64,000 bases of DNA from Candidatus Woesebacteria bacterium (GTDB lineage Bacteria > Patescibacteriota > Microgenomatia > UBA8517). Shown here piece by piece: positions 18,601 through 28,623 of this stretch. The notes beneath the pieces are model-generated. The model had not been told where the DNA came from and searched no databases. It saw nothing but the letters and a program-made list of their open reading frames with translations. The translations under genes were made by a program, and so were the position numbers. The stretch is taken from contig CP055308.1 of the NCBI GenBank assembly GCA_013374855.1, forward strand, positions 597,310 through 661,309. The letters are read 5' to 3'. How positions within the stretch are numbered: the stretch's first letter is position 1; every line of letters begins with the position of its first letter.

Positions 18601-19743
18601 ATGCCTTATTCTTTAGATAACAGGAGACGATTAAATTCAGAAAATTTGTTTTTGCCTTTTTTTTTATCTTTTGTTTTGCTTTTGCTTTTAGGAATTATTT
18701 TCCTTATGGATGTTTCAGCTCCTCAAGGTTTTCAGTTTTTTGGTGACCGATTTTATTTTTTAAAACAGCAACTTCTTTCTTTGGGTGTGGGATTTATAGT
18801 GTTTTTTTTCTTTTTCTTAATTAATTATAGGATGCTTTCTCGGGTATCTGTTTTCATATTTTTTTTCTCAGTTATCTTGTTGGTTTTGCTACTTATTCCA
18901 GGTTTCGGTCAAAAATTTCTTGGAGCGAGAAGATGGCTTTATATTGGATCGTTTGGTTTTCAACCTTCAGAGATTGTTAAATTTTCCTTAGTTGTTTATT
19001 TTGCCTCTTTGGTTGAAAAGAAAAAGACTTTGTTGTCATTTTTAATCCCTCTTTTTATAACTGCTTTTCTAATAATGCTTCAACCTGATTTGGGAACTAC
19101 TTTGGTAGTTGTTGCTATTGGATTTGCTATGATTTTTGTTTCTGGTGTTCCTATTCGTTATTTTTTGGGGATAGGTCTTTTGTCTTTCTTGTTGGCGATG
19201 ATTGCAATATTTACCTCAAGTTATAGAAGAGACAGGCTTCTTTCTTTTCTGAATCAGATAGAAGATCCTCTGGGTAAAACTTATCATATAAATCAAATAA
19301 TTATTTCTTTGGGTCTTGGTGGTTTTTGGGGTAGAGGTTTTGGTAATTCACAACAAAAGTATCTTTTTTTGCCTGAAGCAGCAACCGATTCAATATTTGC
19401 TGTTATAGCAGAAGAGATTGGTTTTTTGGGGTCAACTTTTCTTATTTTTTTGTTTATTTATTTTTTTTATTCTGGTTTTAGAATAGCATTGCGAGTTTCT
19501 GATGTTTTTGGCAAGATGCTTGTATTTGGTTTTTTGGTATGGATGGCGAGTCAAACTTTTCTTAATCTTGGAGCGATGACTGCCGTTTTACCGCTTACTG
19601 GTGTTCCTCTTCCCTTTTTTTCTTATGGGGGAACTTCTTTAATTAGTTTAATGGCGGCTGTTGGGGTTATTGTTAATGTTTGCCTTAGGTCTCAGGGTAG
19701 GCTTTACCTTTTCAGAAGAAGTCGTTTTGTAAGACGAAGATGA
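18601..19743 (+). CDS. ftsW: SEDS-family peptidoglycan polymerase FtsW
   Basis: FGFQPSEIVKFSLVVYFA…PEAATDSIFAVIAEEIGFLG…LPFFSYGGTSL. Confidence 0.8.
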   Translation: MPYSLDNRRRLNSENLFLPFFLSFVLLLLLGIIFLMDVSAPQGFQFFGDRFYFLKQQLLSLGVGFIVFFFFFLINYRMLSRVSVFIFFFSVILLVLLLIPGFGQKFLGARRWLYIGSFGFQPSEIVKFSLVVYFASLVEKKKTLLSFLIPLFITAFLIMLQPDLGTTLVVVAIGFAMIFVSGVPIRYFLGIGLLSFLLAMIAIFTSSYRRDRLLSFLNQIEDPLGKTYHINQIIISLGLGGFWGRGFGNSQQKYLFLPEAATDSIFAVIAEEIGFLGSTFLIFLFIYFFYSGFRIALRVSDVFGKMLVFGFLVWMASQTFLNLGAMTAVLPLTGVPLPFFSYGGTSLISLMAAVGVIVNVCLRSQGRLYLFRRSRFVRRR

Positions 19744-20849
19744 GGAAGATATTGTTAACAGGAGGACATGCGGGAACAACAGCAATGGCTGTTGTTGATG
19801 AAATATTGAGAAAATATGGAAAAGACAATGTTGATGTTTATTGGATAGGAGTAAGAACTGCTTTTGAAGGTTCTAAAGTTTCTTCTCTGGAATCTGACTT
19901 TCTTTTTAAACTTGGAGTTAAGAGTTATTTTATTCATGCGGGTAGACTTCAGAGAGTGTTTACTAGATGGACTATTCCAGCTTTGTTGAAACTGCCAGTT
20001 GGTTTTTTTCAAAGTTTGTTTATTCTATTGAGAATTAGACCTCAAGTTGTTCTTTCTTTTGGAGGGTTTGCTTCCTTTCCTGTAGTCTTTTGGAGTTTTT
20101 TTCTTGGTATTCCTGTTGTAATTCATGAGCAAACTGCAGCAGCAGGTAGGGCGAATCTTTTTGGAGCTTTTTTTGCAAAGGAGGTTGCTATTTCAAGGAG
20201 AGAAAGTAGACGCTTTTTTTCTTCAAAAAAGACGGTTTTGGTTGGTAATCCGGTAATGACTCAAATATGGGATGTACCATTTAAAGAAGAAAAATCTAAC
20301 CCTCCAGTTATTTATATTACAGGGGGATCAAGAGGTTCAGTTGCCATCAATAATGCAGTGTTAGGTATTATAGAGTCGCTTTTGGATAGGTATTATATTA
20401 TTCACCAGACGGGCAAGTTAGATTTTGATAGGGTAAAAAGGGAAAGGGATCTTTTAAGTGATTTTTATAAAGATAGATATGAGGTGTACCCGGTTATAGA
20501 TCCTATGCAAGTCGATGGAGTCTATCGTAGAGCTGATATTGTTGTTGCAAGAGCAGGGGCCAATACGGTTTCTGAAATAATGGCTGTTAAAAGGCCGTCA
20601 GTTTTAATACCTCTACCCTTTTCATATCTGGATGAGCAGACAAAAAACGCGAAGGTGGCGGTTGATTTTGGTGTGGCAATTATATTGGAGCAAGATAGTT
20701 TAACCCCTAAATCTTTGAAAGAAAAGGTGGATTATGTTGATAAGAATTGGAAACTTTTTGTATCAAGGTGCAAGGATAAAGAAAGTCCCGACAGGAATGC
20801 AGCTTTTACCTTAGTCAATTTATTGGAGGAGCTTGCTAAAAAACGATGA
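19740..20849 (+). CDS. murG: UDP-GlcNAc:lipid I N-acetylglucosaminyltransferase MurG
   Basis: MRKILLTGGHAGTTAMAVVDEI…GGSRGS…GANTVSEIMA. Confidence 0.8.
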   Translation: MRKILLTGGHAGTTAMAVVDEILRKYGKDNVDVYWIGVRTAFEGSKVSSLESDFLFKLGVKSYFIHAGRLQRVFTRWTIPALLKLPVGFFQSLFILLRIRPQVVLSFGGFASFPVVFWSFFLGIPVVIHEQTAAAGRANLFGAFFAKEVAISRRESRRFFSSKKTVLVGNPVMTQIWDVPFKEEKSNPPVIYITGGSRGSVAINNAVLGIIESLLDRYYIIHQTGKLDFDRVKRERDLLSDFYKDRYEVYPVIDPMQVDGVYRRADIVVARAGANTVSEIMAVKRPSVLIPLPFSYLDEQTKNAKVAVDFGVAIILEQDSLTPKSLKEKVDYVDKNWKLFVSRCKDKESPDRNAAFTLVNLLEELAKKR

Positions 20850-21529
20850 AAAATTTTGCTTTGATAATTTCTCTTTTTGTAATTTTTTTCTTATTGCCCA
20901 TTTTTTTTGTTAATTTTGAAGAGATTGAGTGTGTTGAGGGTAGTAATCTTTCCTGCTCTTCTGGAGAATCTTCATCTTTGAAACAATTTGTAGGAAAGAA
21001 GTTTTTTTATATTTATTCTAATGGAAAGAAGATTTCTTCTCTTCCTGGTATTTTAAAATATGATTTGGTTTTTTTTCCTTTTTCAAAGAAGGCAATCTTT
21101 AATTTGAAGAAGAGCTTACCATTTATAGCTGTAAACCATTCGTCCAACTCATTTTTTCTTATTGATGAAGATGGGGTGGTGGTACAATATACCGATAAGA
21201 AAGTGAGTCTTCCTGTTGTTGGTGTTGAGAGTTTTAGTTATAAGGTTGCTGATAAGATTCCTGAAGATTTGTTTTTGTCGCTTAGAGTTTTTTCTTATAT
21301 TCACAATTTGTATAAAATAGAAAAAGGAACAATTTTTGGAGATAGAATTGAGATTTATATCAGGAATGGCCCGATTTTAGTTCTACCGAAAGAAGATTAC
21401 AGGAGAATTTTGGGTAGAGCTAGGTTTTTACTGGATTCAGTAACTGCAAATCCTGAAAAATTTAAACTTGATAAGTCTATAACTTATATTACAATAGATT
21501 TAAGGTATAAAAACCCAGTTCTAAGGTAA
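20846..21529 (+). CDS. ftsQ: FtsQ/DivIB-like division protein
   Basis: Single N-terminal TM followed by a POTRA-like and beta domain. Canonical position between murG and ftsA. Confidence 0.5.
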   Translation: MKNFALIISLFVIFFLLPIFFVNFEEIECVEGSNLSCSSGESSSLKQFVGKKFFYIYSNGKKISSLPGILKYDLVFFPFSKKAIFNLKKSLPFIAVNHSSNSFFLIDEDGVVVQYTDKKVSLPVVGVESFSYKVADKIPEDLFLSLRVFSYIHNLYKIEKGTIFGDRIEIYIRNGPILVLPKEDYRRILGRARFLLDSVTANPEKFKLDKSITYITIDLRYKNPVLR

Positions 21530-21530
21530 G

Positions 21531-22811
21531 ATGCCAAAGTCAAGATTAATTGCAGCAATAGATATAGGTTCAAGCAAGATTACCACTATAATTGCACAAG
21601 TGGATAGTGAACAGGTAGTTTATGAGAGTGGTATAGGTGTTGTGGGTGTTTCCTCAGTTGAGTCAAGAGGTATAAGAAAGGGTCATATTATAAACATAGA
21701 AGAAGCGGTTGATGCTATTGTAGAAAGTGTAGAAGCAGCAGAAAGGATGGCTGGTTATAGTTTGGATGCTGCTTTTGTATCGATAGGTGGAGCAACTATT
21801 TCTTCTCAGAATTCTCATGGTGTAGTGGCTATTTCTGGGCCTCAAGGTGAAATTCAGGATATAGATGTTGATCGAGTAAGAGAGGCTGCATCCGCAGTTT
21901 CCTTACCCACTTCAAGAGAAATTGTTCATGTAATTCCTCGTGATTATACTGTTGATGGAGAGAGTGGGGTTAAAGATCCTGTAGGTATGACAGGGGTTAG
22001 GCTTGAAGTTGAGACTCATGTTATAACAACTTCGACTGCTTCTCTTAGAAATTTGCAGAAAGCAGTTTATGGAGCTGGAGTAGAGATAGCTAGTGTTGTT
22101 TTTGAAGGTTTAGCTTCCTCGTATGCAGTAGCAACTTCTACTGAGAAGGAGTTAGGCTGTGTAGTTGTGGATATAGGTGGAGGCACTACTTCGATAGCAT
22201 CGTATATTGATGGTTCATTAGCGCATTCAAGTGTTATACCAATAGGTGCTAAAAATGTGACAAATGATCTTGCAATAGGTTTGCGTATCTCACTTGACTC
22301 AGCTGAGAAAATAAAACTTCTTTTATCTGCAAAAGAAAAGAAAGGAATAAAGGAAGAAACTGATGAAATTTCTCTAAAGGATAGTCTTGGTATTTCAGAT
22401 AAGGACTTGGAGATTAAGAAAGTGTCTAAAAAAACATTGGTTGAGGGAATAATAAGACCTCGTTTAAACGAGATATTTACTATGGTAAGGTTGGAGATTG
22501 AGAAGAATGATGTTTTGGGCAAAACTCCATCGGGGGTAATAATTACAGGTGGAGGAGCTGAAACAGTTGGAGTACTGGAGAGCGCCAAAAGAGTTTTGGC
22601 TATGCCAGCTAGGATTGGAGTGCCAACTGGGGTAAGTGGGTTAGTTGATGACATTCTCACTCCTTCCTATGCTTGTGCTATAGGTCTTGTTCTTTATGGG
22701 GTAGAGTATGAACAAGATGTGCTATTGACAAAACTTCCTAAAAAATTTAAATTACCATCAATGGGATCATTGGGGAAGTTATTCGAATCGATTAGAAATC
22801 TCCTGCCCTAG
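21531..22811 (+). CDS. ftsA: Cell division protein FtsA
   Basis: LIAAIDIGSSKITTIIAQ…VVDIGGGTTSIA…actin-fold ATPase motifs. Confidence 0.85.
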   Translation: MPKSRLIAAIDIGSSKITTIIAQVDSEQVVYESGIGVVGVSSVESRGIRKGHIINIEEAVDAIVESVEAAERMAGYSLDAAFVSIGGATISSQNSHGVVAISGPQGEIQDIDVDRVREAASAVSLPTSREIVHVIPRDYTVDGESGVKDPVGMTGVRLEVETHVITTSTASLRNLQKAVYGAGVEIASVVFEGLASSYAVATSTEKELGCVVVDIGGGTTSIASYIDGSLAHSSVIPIGAKNVTNDLAIGLRISLDSAEKIKLLLSAKEKKGIKEETDEISLKDSLGISDKDLEIKKVSKKTLVEGIIRPRLNEIFTMVRLEIEKNDVLGKTPSGVIITGGGAETVGVLESAKRVLAMPARIGVPTGVSGLVDDILTPSYACAIGLVLYGVEYEQDVLLTKLPKKFKLPSMGSLGKLFESIRNLLP

Positions 22812-22874
22812 AATATTTTCTGTCTGTCTACTTTGAAAGTTGGGAAAAAATTTCTTAAGTTGTAAAATCTGCTC

Positions 22875-22886
22875 TATAATATTTTT
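22875..22886 (+). promoter_or_regulatory. Putative -10 box (TATAAT) 6 nt upstream of the ftsZ ATG, suggesting a leaderless ftsZ mRNA
   Basis: TATAAT at 22875-22880, then ATTTTT, then ATG at 22887. There is no Shine-Dalgarno sequence. Confidence 0.3.
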
Positions 22887-24053
22887 ATGGCTCTAGTAAA
22901 ACCAGATGCTGCCAGGATTGCCAAGATAAAAGTTGTTGGAGTTGGTGGTGGTGGAGGAAATGCTGTTTCTTCTATGGCGGAAGAAGGATCTGTTAGTGGT
23001 GTTGAGTTTATAGTTGTCAACACTGATGCTCAAGTTCTTCTTCAAAATAGAGCTCCTACCAAAATTCAGATTGGTGAAAAGATAACTAAAGGTTTGGGGG
23101 TGGGTGGTAATCCTGAAATTGGTAAGCAAGCAGCTGAGGAGTCAATAGAGAAGATTAAAGAGCTTTTTATAGATACTGATATGGTTTTTGTAACTGCTGG
23201 TATGGGTGGAGGAACAGGTACTGGAGCTTCTCCTATTATTGCAAAAGCTGCTAAGGAATCAGGTGCTTTGACTGTTGGTGTGGTTACAAAGCCTTTTGCA
23301 TTTGAGGGGACAAGAAGATCAGTTATTGCAGAAGAGGGAATAGAAAAATTGCGTGAATTTGTTGATACATTGATAGTAATTCCGAATCAGAGGCTTATGG
23401 ATGTGATAGACAAAAAAATGACTTTGGTTGATGCTTTTAAGTTGGCTGATTCTGTATTATCACAAGCAGTTGGAGGAATTGCTGATATTATTACAACACC
23501 AGGATTGATAAATGTGGATTTTGCGGATGTTAAGACTATAATGAAGGATGCAGGCAGCGCCCTTTTGGGTATTGGAACTGGAGTTGGCGAGAACAGGGCG
23601 CAAATGGCAGCTAGAGCAGCTGTTTCTTCGCCGCTGCTTGATCTGTCAATTGAGGGAGCTCGAGGTGTTCTTTTCAACATAGCAGGGGGCAACGATCTGA
23701 CGATGTTTGAAGTAGATGAGGCAGCTAAGATAATTTCTCAGGCCGCAGATGCTGATGCGAATATTATTTTTGGTGCAGTTATAAAAAGTGATTTGAGTGA
23801 TCAGGTAAAAATTACGGTTATTGCCACTGGTTTTGATGAAACTCAATCCAGACTGGCAGGTGTGACAAGAAGTACTGTTGTGTCTACTCCAGTTCAAGGG
23901 ATAGTTAGCGAGATGGGAAAAAAGGAAAAAGTGGAAAATATTTCTGAAAGTTTAGAAGTTGACGAGGAGACAGAAAGTAGTAATGGTGAGGATATAGATA
24001 TCTTTGGTGATAAATTTGAAATACCTGCTTTCTTACGTAAGATTAAGCAATAA
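22887..24053 (+). CDS. ftsZ: Cell division GTPase FtsZ
   Basis: [18 protein letters not shown]…[18 protein letters not shown] (tubulin signature). Confidence 0.95.
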   Translation: MALVKPDAARIAKIKVVGVGGGGGNAVSSMAEEGSVSGVEFIVVNTDAQVLLQNRAPTKIQIGEKITKGLGVGGNPEIGKQAAEESIEKIKELFIDTDMVFVTAGMGGGTGTGASPIIAKAAKESGALTVGVVTKPFAFEGTRRSVIAEEGIEKLREFVDTLIVIPNQRLMDVIDKKMTLVDAFKLADSVLSQAVGGIADIITTPGLINVDFADVKTIMKDAGSALLGIGTGVGENRAQMAARAAVSSPLLDLSIEGARGVLFNIAGGNDLTMFEVDEAAKIISQAADADANIIFGAVIKSDLSDQVKITVIATGFDETQSRLAGVTRSTVVSTPVQGIVSEMGKKEKVENISESLEVDEETESSNGEDIDIFGDKFEIPAFLRKIKQ

Positions 24054-24098
24054 GAATCTCTTTTTAAAATTGTTCTTCTGTTGTAAAATATCCTTTTA

Positions 24099-27065
24099 AT
24101 GAAAAGAAAAAAAGATGAATTTGGGAAAAATTATTTTTCCCTAGTTGATCCGAAGATAAATTTTGCTGCAAAAGAGAAGGAAATTTTGGATTATTGGTAT
24201 AAAAAGGGGATTGTTAAGAGATATCTTACTAAGAATAAGAACTCTCTCAAATATTTTTCTTTTATTGATGGACCAATTACCGCTAACAATCCTATGGGTG
24301 TTCATCATGCTTGGGGGAGAACTTATAAGGATTTATGGCAGAGGTATAAGAATATGAGGGGTTTCAAGCAAAGGTTTCAAAATGGGTTTGACTGTCAAGG
24401 TTTGTGGGTAGAGGTGGAAGTTGAAAAGGAGTTAGGTTTTAAGACTAAAAAGGATGTCGAAAAGTATGGCGTGGGTAAATTTGTAGAAAGGTGTAAAGAA
24501 AGAGTTCTTAGATTTTCCAAGATTCAGACGGAGCAGTCAAAGCGATTGGGTTATTTTATGGATTGGAATAATTCTTATTACACGATGAGTGAGGATAACA
24601 ATTATATGATTTGGCATTTTTTGAAGGTCTGCCACGAAAATGGTTGGATTTACAAGGGAAGTGATTCGGTTCCATGGTGTCCGCGGTGCGAGACTGCTAT
24701 TTCTCAACATGAGATTTTAACCGAGGATTACAAGGAGTTAACTCACGAGTCTGTTGTCTTGAAGTTTCCTTTAGTAGAAAGGAAAGGTGAGTATCTTTTA
24801 GTTTGGACAACTACTCCTTGGACTATTCCTGCCAATGTTGCAGTTGCAGTGGATGAGAATTTGGATTATGTTTTGGTAAAAGACAAAGTTGGTGATAAAT
24901 GTTGGTTAGCAAAAGATTGTGTTGAGAGAATTTTTGGTGAGAAAAAGAAACCATTAAAAATTGTTAAGGGTTCAAATCTTGTCGGTCTTTCTTATAGATC
25001 TGCTTTTGATGATTTGCCTAAAGTTAGAGAGGTTTCGGGCAATCCCTATTTCCATAAAGTTGTGCTAACCGACGATAGAATAATGCCCATAACAGTTGAA
25101 GAGGGTACTGGTATGGTTCATACGGCAGTTAGTGCAGGTTCTGAGGATTATAAATTGGGACAGAAGATTGGGCTTCCAATGATTCCTGTTATTTATGATG
25201 ATGCTACTTATCAAGAGGGATTGGGGGAGTTGTCGGGGAAGAATGCAAAAAAACATCCTGAAATAATTTTTGATTATTTAGAAAAAAAGGAAAAAGAAGA
25301 TGATGAAAGGTGGGTATTTAGCAGATTTAATTATAAACACCGTTACCCTGTTTGCTGGCGCTGCAAAGAAGAACTTGTTTGGAAAGTGACGGATGAATGG
25401 TACATAGCTATGGATAGGCTTTCCAAAGATGGTGGACCTACATTAAGAGAAAGAATGATTAAGGTAGCAAAAAAAATAAACTGGATTCCTACTTTTGGTC
25501 TTAAAAGAGAACTAGATTGGCTTGCCAATATGCAGGATTGGCTGATAAGTAAGAAGAATCGTTATTGGGGTTTGGCGCTTCCTATTTGGGAGTGCAAAAA
25601 TTGTGGCAATTTTGAGGTTATAGGGTCCAAAGAGGAGTTAAAGAAAAGGGCAGTTGATGGATGGGATAAGTTTAAGGGCAAGTCTCCCCATAAACCACAA
25701 ATTGATTTTGTTAAAATAAAGTGTGGCAGTTGTGGTGATGTTATTTCTAGGATTGAGCCTGTGGGAAACCCTTGGCTTGATGCTGGGATTGTGCCTTTTT
25801 CTACTATAAGTAAAGATAATAAATCCGCTCCTCTTTATTTAAAAGACAAAAAAGAATGGCGTAGGTGGTTTCCTGCTGATTTTATAACTGAGAGTTTTCC
25901 GGGTCAGTTTAAAAATTGGTTCTACTCGTTGATTGCCATGAGCACGGTGTTGGAAAATGAGAATCCAACTAAAACGGTTCTTGGTTTTGCTACTCTTTTG
26001 GCGGAAGACGGTAGGCCAATGCACAAGTCTTGGGGTAATTTTATAGAGTTTAATGAAGGAGCTGAAAAGATGGGAGCAGATGTGATGCGCTGGATTTATG
26101 TTCGACAAAATGTAGCCGATAATCTTCTTTTTGGTTACCGACTAGCTGATGAAACCAGGAGGAGGTTCCATCTTAAGCTTTGGAATATTTACAACTTCTT
26201 TGTTACTTATGCAAATATTGATGGTTGGAGACCTTTTCCTCTTAGGAAGAAATTACATTTATCAAAGCTTGATATTTGGGTAAAACTTCGGCTAGAAGAG
26301 ACGGTTAGAGATGTTACCGAGAATCTTGAAAAATATGATGCCTATAGTGCAAGTGGAGCGATTGAGAATTTTGTTGATGATCTTTCTAATTGGTATATAA
26401 GACGAAGCAGGGGAAGAGTTGGTTTTGTGGGACAAGATAGGAATTCTAAGCTTGCATTCTATCAAACGGCTTTTGAGATTTTGGAAAAACTTTGTATTTT
26501 GCTTGCTCCTTTTAATCCTTTTATCTCAGATTTGATTTATATGGATTTAACCAAAAAAGATTCTGTTCATCTTTCTAGTTGGCCTACTTTTGATGAAAGT
26601 TTTTATAGAAAGAATAAGAAAATTCTTGAAGAGATGAAACTTTTGAGGCAGATTGTGGAGCTTATTCATTCAAAAAGAAAGAAACTCAGTCTTCCGGTGA
26701 GAAGACCTTTAATTGAAGCAGTAGTTACTTTATCGAGTAAAAATTTTTCTCGCATAAGCAAGGAAATTCTAGAAATAGGAGAAGAAGAGGTGAATGTGAA
26801 AAAAATAATTGTTCGCTTGGGCAAGAGATTGTCGGTAAAGTTGAATACGAGAATTACAGAAGAAATAGAAGAAGAAGCCAAAACACGTGAGCTTGTCAGG
26901 ATGATACAAGAAGAAAGGAAGAAAATGGGTATAAGCTATGAAGTTAAAACTACTGTAGAATCTAATTGGATACCAAGAAGGAAGGAAAACTTGAACTTTA
27001 TTCTTAATAAAACAAATACTATTTCAATTTTTGAGTCCGATAGGTTTTTAGTGAAGCGTGCTTAA
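24099..27065 (+). CDS. ileS: Isoleucine--tRNA ligase (long form, with C-terminal Cys-cluster)
   Basis: The editing-domain motif WTTTPWTIPANVAVAV, WLISKKNRYWGLALPIW and the KMSKS-equivalent MHKSWGN are all present. The HIGH region is slightly divergent (PMGVHHAWG). Confidence 0.85.
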   Translation: MKRKKDEFGKNYFSLVDPKINFAAKEKEILDYWYKKGIVKRYLTKNKNSLKYFSFIDGPITANNPMGVHHAWGRTYKDLWQRYKNMRGFKQRFQNGFDCQGLWVEVEVEKELGFKTKKDVEKYGVGKFVERCKERVLRFSKIQTEQSKRLGYFMDWNNSYYTMSEDNNYMIWHFLKVCHENGWIYKGSDSVPWCPRCETAISQHEILTEDYKELTHESVVLKFPLVERKGEYLLVWTTTPWTIPANVAVAVDENLDYVLVKDKVGDKCWLAKDCVERIFGEKKKPLKIVKGSNLVGLSYRSAFDDLPKVREVSGNPYFHKVVLTDDRIMPITVEEGTGMVHTAVSAGSEDYKLGQKIGLPMIPVIYDDATYQEGLGELSGKNAKKHPEIIFDYLEKKEKEDDERWVFSRFNYKHRYPVCWRCKEELVWKVTDEWYIAMDRLSKDGGPTLRERMIKVAKKINWIPTFGLKRELDWLANMQDWLISKKNRYWGLALPIWECKNCGNFEVIGSKEELKKRAVDGWDKFKGKSPHKPQIDFVKIKCGSCGDVISRIEPVGNPWLDAGIVPFSTISKDNKSAPLYLKDKKEWRRWFPADFITESFPGQFKNWFYSLIAMSTVLENENPTKTVLGFATLLAEDGRPMHKSWGNFIEFNEGAEKMGADVMRWIYVRQNVADNLLFGYRLADETRRRFHLKLWNIYNFFVTYANIDGWRPFPLRKKLHLSKLDIWVKLRLEETVRDVTENLEKYDAYSASGAIENFVDDLSNWYIRRSRGRVGFVGQDRNSKLAFYQTAFEILEKLCILLAPFNPFISDLIYMDLTKKDSVHLSSWPTFDESFYRKNKKILEEMKLLRQIVELIHSKRKKLSLPVRRPLIEAVVTLSSKNFSRISKEILEIGEEEVNVKKIIVRLGKRLSVKLNTRITEEIEEEAKTRELVRMIQEERKKMGISYEVKTTVESNWIPRRKENLNFILNKTNTISIFESDRFLVKRA

Positions 27066-28131
27066 TTTTTTAACTACTTTTTCTAAGAGGATTGATTTAC
27101 TACTTTTTCTGGATTGTTTACTTTTGCTTTTTTTTAGTTTTTTGATATTAAACTCAATAAGTCCGGAAATTTTTCCTTCTTATTACTTTTATGGATTGAT
27201 ATCTATAATTTCTTTTTTAATTTTTGCTTTGTTGGATTTTTCGGTTATCACTTTTCTTTCCCCCTTCTTTTATTTTTTTTCTTTGTTGTCGTTGGTTTTG
27301 CCTTTGGTTTTTGGCCAAATAACGCGAGGAACTATACGTTGGCTTGAGTTTGGGAGTTTTTCTTTTCAGCCGGCGGAGATAGCAAGGCCGTTCTTGGTTC
27401 TTTTTTTATCATTTTTTTTGTCTACCAAGAAGGTAAGCCTAAAAAGGCTTTTTATTTCTTTTATCCTTTTTTTTGTACCCGCCTTTTTGGTACTTATCCA
27501 ACCATCTTTGGGAGTCTTTGTTATTACTTCTGTCTCTTTTTTGGGAGTAATACTTGCCTCATCTTTTGATAAGAAGAAGATTTTATGGGGTCTTTTTTCA
27601 TTGTTCTTTATTTTGCCAGTTTTTTATTTTTTTTTGGCTCCTTATCAGAAGCAGCGTATAATTACTTTCATAAATCCTCAAGCTGACCCATATGGTGCAG
27701 GCTACAATAGTATTCAATCAACTATTGCTGTGGGATCTGGAGGTATTTTGGGTAGGGGGCTGGGGCAGGGCATACAAACTCAACTTAGGTTTTTACCTGA
27801 AAGAAAGACAGATTTTATATTTGCTTCTATTGCTGAAGAGCTTGGACTTTTTGGGGTTTTGATACTTATTCTTTTTTATTCTATTTTGTTTTTAAGAATT
27901 ATTTATATTATGTCTTTTTCTAGGTTTGAGGTTGGTAAACTATATCTTTCGGGGATTTTTTTGGGACTTTTGTTCCAAGCATTTGTTCATATAGGTATGA
28001 ATCTTGGTATTATGCCTGTAACAGGCGTGCCTTTGCCAATTGTTTCTGCGGGTGGGTCTTCGCTTCTTGCTACTATGATTTCGCTAGGTATTGCAAGTTC
28101 TATATCGATGTTGAGTAGAAGTAGAACTTAA
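27058..28131 (+). CDS. Second SEDS-family protein (RodA-like)
   Basis: FSFQPAEIARPFLVLF…PERKTDFIFASIAEELGLFG…PLPIVSAGGSSL. There is no in-frame ATG. A GTG start overlaps the ileS stop. Confidence 0.7.
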   Translation: MLNFLTTFSKRIDLLLFLDCLLLLFFSFLILNSISPEIFPSYYFYGLISIISFLIFALLDFSVITFLSPFFYFFSLLSLVLPLVFGQITRGTIRWLEFGSFSFQPAEIARPFLVLFLSFFLSTKKVSLKRLFISFILFFVPAFLVLIQPSLGVFVITSVSFLGVILASSFDKKKILWGLFSLFFILPVFYFFLAPYQKQRIITFINPQADPYGAGYNSIQSTIAVGSGGILGRGLGQGIQTQLRFLPERKTDFIFASIAEELGLFGVLILILFYSILFLRIIYIMSFSRFEVGKLYLSGIFLGLLFQAFVHIGMNLGIMPVTGVPLPIVSAGGSSLLATMISLGIASSISMLSRSRT

Positions 28132-28173
28132 ACCTTGCCTTTGTATCACAAAAAGGGTAAAATAGTTCCGTTT

Positions 28174-28479
28174 ATGAAAAGTGCAGTTATAAAGATAAAA
28201 GGTAAACAGTATTGGGTAAAAGAAGGAGATGAGTTTCTTGTAGACAGAATAGGTGAAAAGGCAGAATTGGAGCCTCAAGTATTGCTTGTTGCAGATGACG
28301 GAAAACTAACTTTGGGTAGTCCCTTTGTTTCAAAAGCTAAAATTAAACTAGAGGTTTTGGGAGAAATTAAAGGAGAGAAATTGAGAGTGTTTAAATACAA
28401 GGCGAAATCTCGCTATCGCAGAAGGAAAGGATTCCGTCCTGTCTTTACGAAAGTAAAGATTTCTGAAATTTCTTCTTAA
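28174..28479 (+). CDS. rplU: Ribosomal protein bL21
   Basis: MKSAVIKIKGKQYWVKEGDEFLVDRI matches the L21 N-terminus. The track start at 28135 is upstream of the conserved N-terminus. Confidence 0.85.
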   Translation: MKSAVIKIKGKQYWVKEGDEFLVDRIGEKAELEPQVLLVADDGKLTLGSPFVSKAKIKLEVLGEIKGEKLRVFKYKAKSRYRRRKGFRPVFTKVKISEISS

Positions 28480-28583
28480 GTTAAATTTCACGATTTTATC
28501 TCTTTTTATTTTTTTATAATTTTCCAAAGAGTTAGCTTTAATAAATCATTCTTAATGTATCTTATTGTATACTTTTGATCTAC

Positions 28584-28612
28584 TTGACAGCTGTGAAAAA
28601 TTTGTTTATATT
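28584..28612 (+). promoter_or_regulatory. Putative sigma70 promoter for rpmA (TTGACA-N17-TATATT)
   Basis: TTGACA at 28584-28589, a 17-nt spacer, then TATATT at 28607-28612. This is about 11 nt upstream of the rpmA ATG, giving a very short leader. Confidence 0.35.
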
Positions 28613-28623
28613 GCTTGTTAGTT

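Noticed and set aside
22067-22660. 197-aa antisense ORF inside ftsA. Similar antisense or alternative-frame ORFs lie inside ftsZ (23387-23692), ileS, ATPase (47827-48147) and guaB (31039-31368).
   Set aside because: Each is fully embedded in a well-supported conserved gene on the other strand or frame. Their compositions are low-complexity and they have no start context. These are spurious.
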